This document shows positions 61,335 to 64,000 of a stretch of DNA of 64,000 nt, piece after piece. Every line of letters starts with the position of its first letter. Position 1 is the first letter of the stretch. The notes beneath the pieces are model-generated. The model was not told where the DNA came from, did not search any database, and saw only the letters and a list, made by a program, of their open reading frames with translations. The stretch comes from Protoeuglena noctilucae (taxonomy: Eukaryota): the NCBI GenBank assembly GCA_958009085.1, contig OY253679.1, forward strand, positions 248,001-312,000, written 5' to 3'. A program made the translations under genes and the position numbers.

Positions 61335-64000
61335 ATGGATGCGTTCGTGGATCTGCTTTCGCGCGGCTCGATCTCTGAGGTGGGCCCGAAGCGCGGCGCC
61401 GGCACGAGCTTCTGCCGCGCGAGCTGAGGCTGCCGACGACGTCGAGCCCTCCTCGCCGTGTGCATAAATCCCCGCTGTGCCATCTCGCGCTGCTGCTCGG
61501 CGCGACGATCGACGGCCCGGCGTGCCCGTCCATGCTCGCGTACCGTGTCCCTCCCGCGCGCAGGCGCTCGCGGCGGTGGCCTCCGCCACCCGGGACGAAG
61601 TCAACCGCTCGAACTCTCTCGGCGTGGCCCCGCTGCATGCCGTCGTCTGGCGCAACCACGCCGGCCTCGTCCGCGCGCTGCTACAAGCCGGGGCCGACCC
61701 GCTTCTCCGCGACGCCGAGTCTTCTTGGACCCCGCTGCACCGCGCGCTTTACTTGGGCCACTTTCGTCTCGTCCCTGTCCTCCTCGCGGCCGCCGGCGAG
61801 CAGCGGGGGCTCGGCGCGAGGGACGCGAAGGGACGGCGCCCCACGGACCTCCTCTCTGCGACTCTCAGCGCGACGCTCTTCGAGCCCTGGGCGCGCGCGC
61901 CTTTCCCCGGAATCGTCGCGCACCCCGCCGTGTGCGCCTGGGGCAACGGGGCCAACTACCAGCTTGGCACGGGCAGCACGGGGTTGCAGGCGAGGGGCGC
62001 GGATTCCACCAGCGATTAAGATTCGAATCCTTGTCGCCGCTTCACTATCTCAGTGAATGAGCCGCACCTCCGCACCCTTCCCTGCCGCATGCATCCGTGT
62101 CGAGCATTCCCTAGCATCCCTCGTCACGCCCACCGCACCATCCCACCCTCTCCTCCTACCCCACCTGCTCCCCAGGAATCCCCCACTCGCATCGACGGTC
62201 TCCCCGACGACGTGGTCCAGGTCGCAGCGGCCAAGTTTCACAGCGCCGCCCTCACACACGACGGCCGTGTGTTCACCTGGGGTGTCGGGCGCAGTGGGCG
62301 CCTGGGTCACCCAGAGGCAGACGTACACAGCGGCTATCGCGCAGTGATCCTCCCGCGGGAGGTCGCGGCGCTCCGGCGCGTGCGGGTGGCCCAGGTGGCG
62401 GTGGGCAAGAACCACTCTGTGTGCTGCACGCACGACGGTGAGCTCTACGCATGGGGATCCAACGCCGAGGGGCAGCTGGGCCTCCCGGGCGAGGTGCAGG
62501 CCGCCGAGCCGCGCCGCGTGCCGCTCGCCGCCCCGCGCGACCCCGCAGCCTCCGCCCGCGCCCGCGCACGCGTGGTCGCCGTTGCTGCCGCCTCGGCCCA
62601 CACCGCCGCTGTCACCTCTTCCGGTGCGCTGCTCACCTGCGGGGCTAACGACGCCCGGCAGCTCGGGTACCTGACCCCGGACGCCCCCGGCTCCCCGTCC
62701 CTGCGTGCCGTGGAGGCTCTGCGTGACAGGCGCGTGATTGGCACAGCCGCCGCACGCCTCCACACCCTGGCGCTCACCGCGGACGGCGAGGTGCTGTCCT
62801 TCGGCCACGGCAGCCCCGCGCCGCACCGCGTGCCGCTCCCGCGCCTCCACCCCACCGCCGCCCGCCCACCCCGGGCCGTGCTGGTCACTGCCGGCCGCGC
62901 CCACTCCTCTGCGCTGCTGGCCGGGGGCCTCGTCGCCATGTGGCGGTCTTGGGAACCCTCCGCGCCCGCCCAGCTCGTCGGGGGTCCTTTGGCGGGCCGC
63001 ACCGTCACCCACATTGCGGCAGGGAGGACACGCACGGCGGCTGTCACGTCTGACGGTCGCGTATTTGTTTGGGAGGGGCCCTGCGAGACTGCCGGCCTAG
63101 CAGCGGAGGTAGACGATGCGGTGACACCTGGGGCGAAGGCAGGGGCGGGGGCGGGAGCAGGGTTGACCACCCCACCTGCACGGGCTGGGGCGGGAGCGGG
63201 GGGTGACGCGTCAGCGCAGAACAGTGGGGCTCGTGGGGCGCGGGGCGGGCGCGGCGGCACCAGCGGTCGTGGCGCGGGGGTGGGCGTGGAGGGTGTGGCG
63301 GTGGAGGGGGTGGATGGGGGTGCCCGGGTGGTGCGGGTGGCGGTGGGGGAGAAACACTCGCTGCTCATCCAGAGCTGGGCGGCCCCCGTGGCCTCGGGCC
63401 CCGGCGCGGCGCTTTTGGAGAGGTCCTCGGCGGGGTTCGAACTCCCGCGGGATGCGAGAGAGGCGAGCGGGGCGGAGGGCGAGGGGCGGGGGCGCCGACG
63501 GGATAGCGATGGGTCGTGGGCGAGCCTGGAGGCTGGGGTGTTTGAGGGGTTTAACGCCGTGGAGAGTGAAAAGGCGGAGGGAGAGGGCGAGGGGGGGTGG
63601 TACCCGGGGCACAGCTGGGATGGGCCACTGAGTGGGGTGGGGCGTGGGGGGCACGGCGGGGGTGCGCCGGTGTGGTGGCGGCGGTGGGGTGCGAGGGGCG
63701 CGGGGTGGGGGGACGTGCCAGCAGTGGGTGAGTGATCCAAGTAGCGTGGGGTGGAGAGTTGTTGGCTATCCTAGCTGCGCGTGCACATGCGCACCCCACC
63801 ATACCACCCCACCTCTACGCAATAAAACATGGACGCGCCTCCACCCTACCCCATGCCCCCCCCCCCCCCCCCCCCCCCCAGGTCCCCCACCGCTGCGTCT
63901 CTTGGCTGAGCTCGCGTCCGCACGCGCCCTGTCTCATTCGGACCCCCGAGCGGCCCTGTCCACGCTTCACTACGCCGATGCCGCCAACGCCGCTAGGCTC
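61335..64000 (+). CDS. Ankyrin + RCC1-repeat protein (IBTK-like), 3' end outside the window
   Basis: Ankyrin GVAPLHAVVWRNH..GADP..DAESSWTPLHRALYLGH; RCC1 repeats WGNGANYQLGTG, VAAAKFHS..VFTWGVGRSGRLG and WGSNAEGQLG; GC donor at 61990. Confidence 0.85.

Noticed and set aside
63856..63879. Poly-C run
   Set aside because: Intron pyrimidine tract before an acceptor; homopolymer length is also error-prone.
1..64000. tRNA, rRNA, transposase or reverse-transcriptase genes
   Set aside because: None recognised by eye on either strand; small ncRNAs could have been missed without covariance-model searches.

Overview
Intron-rich, GC-rich eukaryotic nuclear DNA. Gene content (CPI1, a CCD8-like oxygenase, flagellar PF20, transit-peptide-like N-termini) points to a flagellated green alga; this is inference and the species is not identifiable here. 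By hand-splicing I can support about 17 protein-coding genes, almost perfectly alternating in strand: TTLL-family ligase (5' truncated), XRCC4-like, CPI1, IQANK1-like, a Munc13-type C2-MUN-2xGRAM protein, PHYHD1, a UFD1-UBX fusion, a NYN-RNase/vWA/alpha-kinase fusion, a membrane class III cyclase plus a decayed partial duplicate, two tandem NRAMPs, PELP1/RIX1, CCD8-like, a small membrane protein, PF20/SPAG16, a TKL kinase and an ankyrin-RCC1 protein (3' truncated). Most ORF-track entries are antisense or out-of-frame GC artefacts. The most unusual signals are: (1) introns repeatedly carry a second copy ('echo') of the neighbouring exon edge plus splice site, differing from the real exon mostly at silent codon positions; (2) about 19 GC-AG introns, all MAG|GC; (3) the RNase-vWA-alpha-kinase fusion; (4) an intronic ~62-bp-arm hairpin; (5) gene-conversion-like tracts and three intron differences between the NRAMP twins. 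All gene models are hand-derived, without transcript data or database searches.
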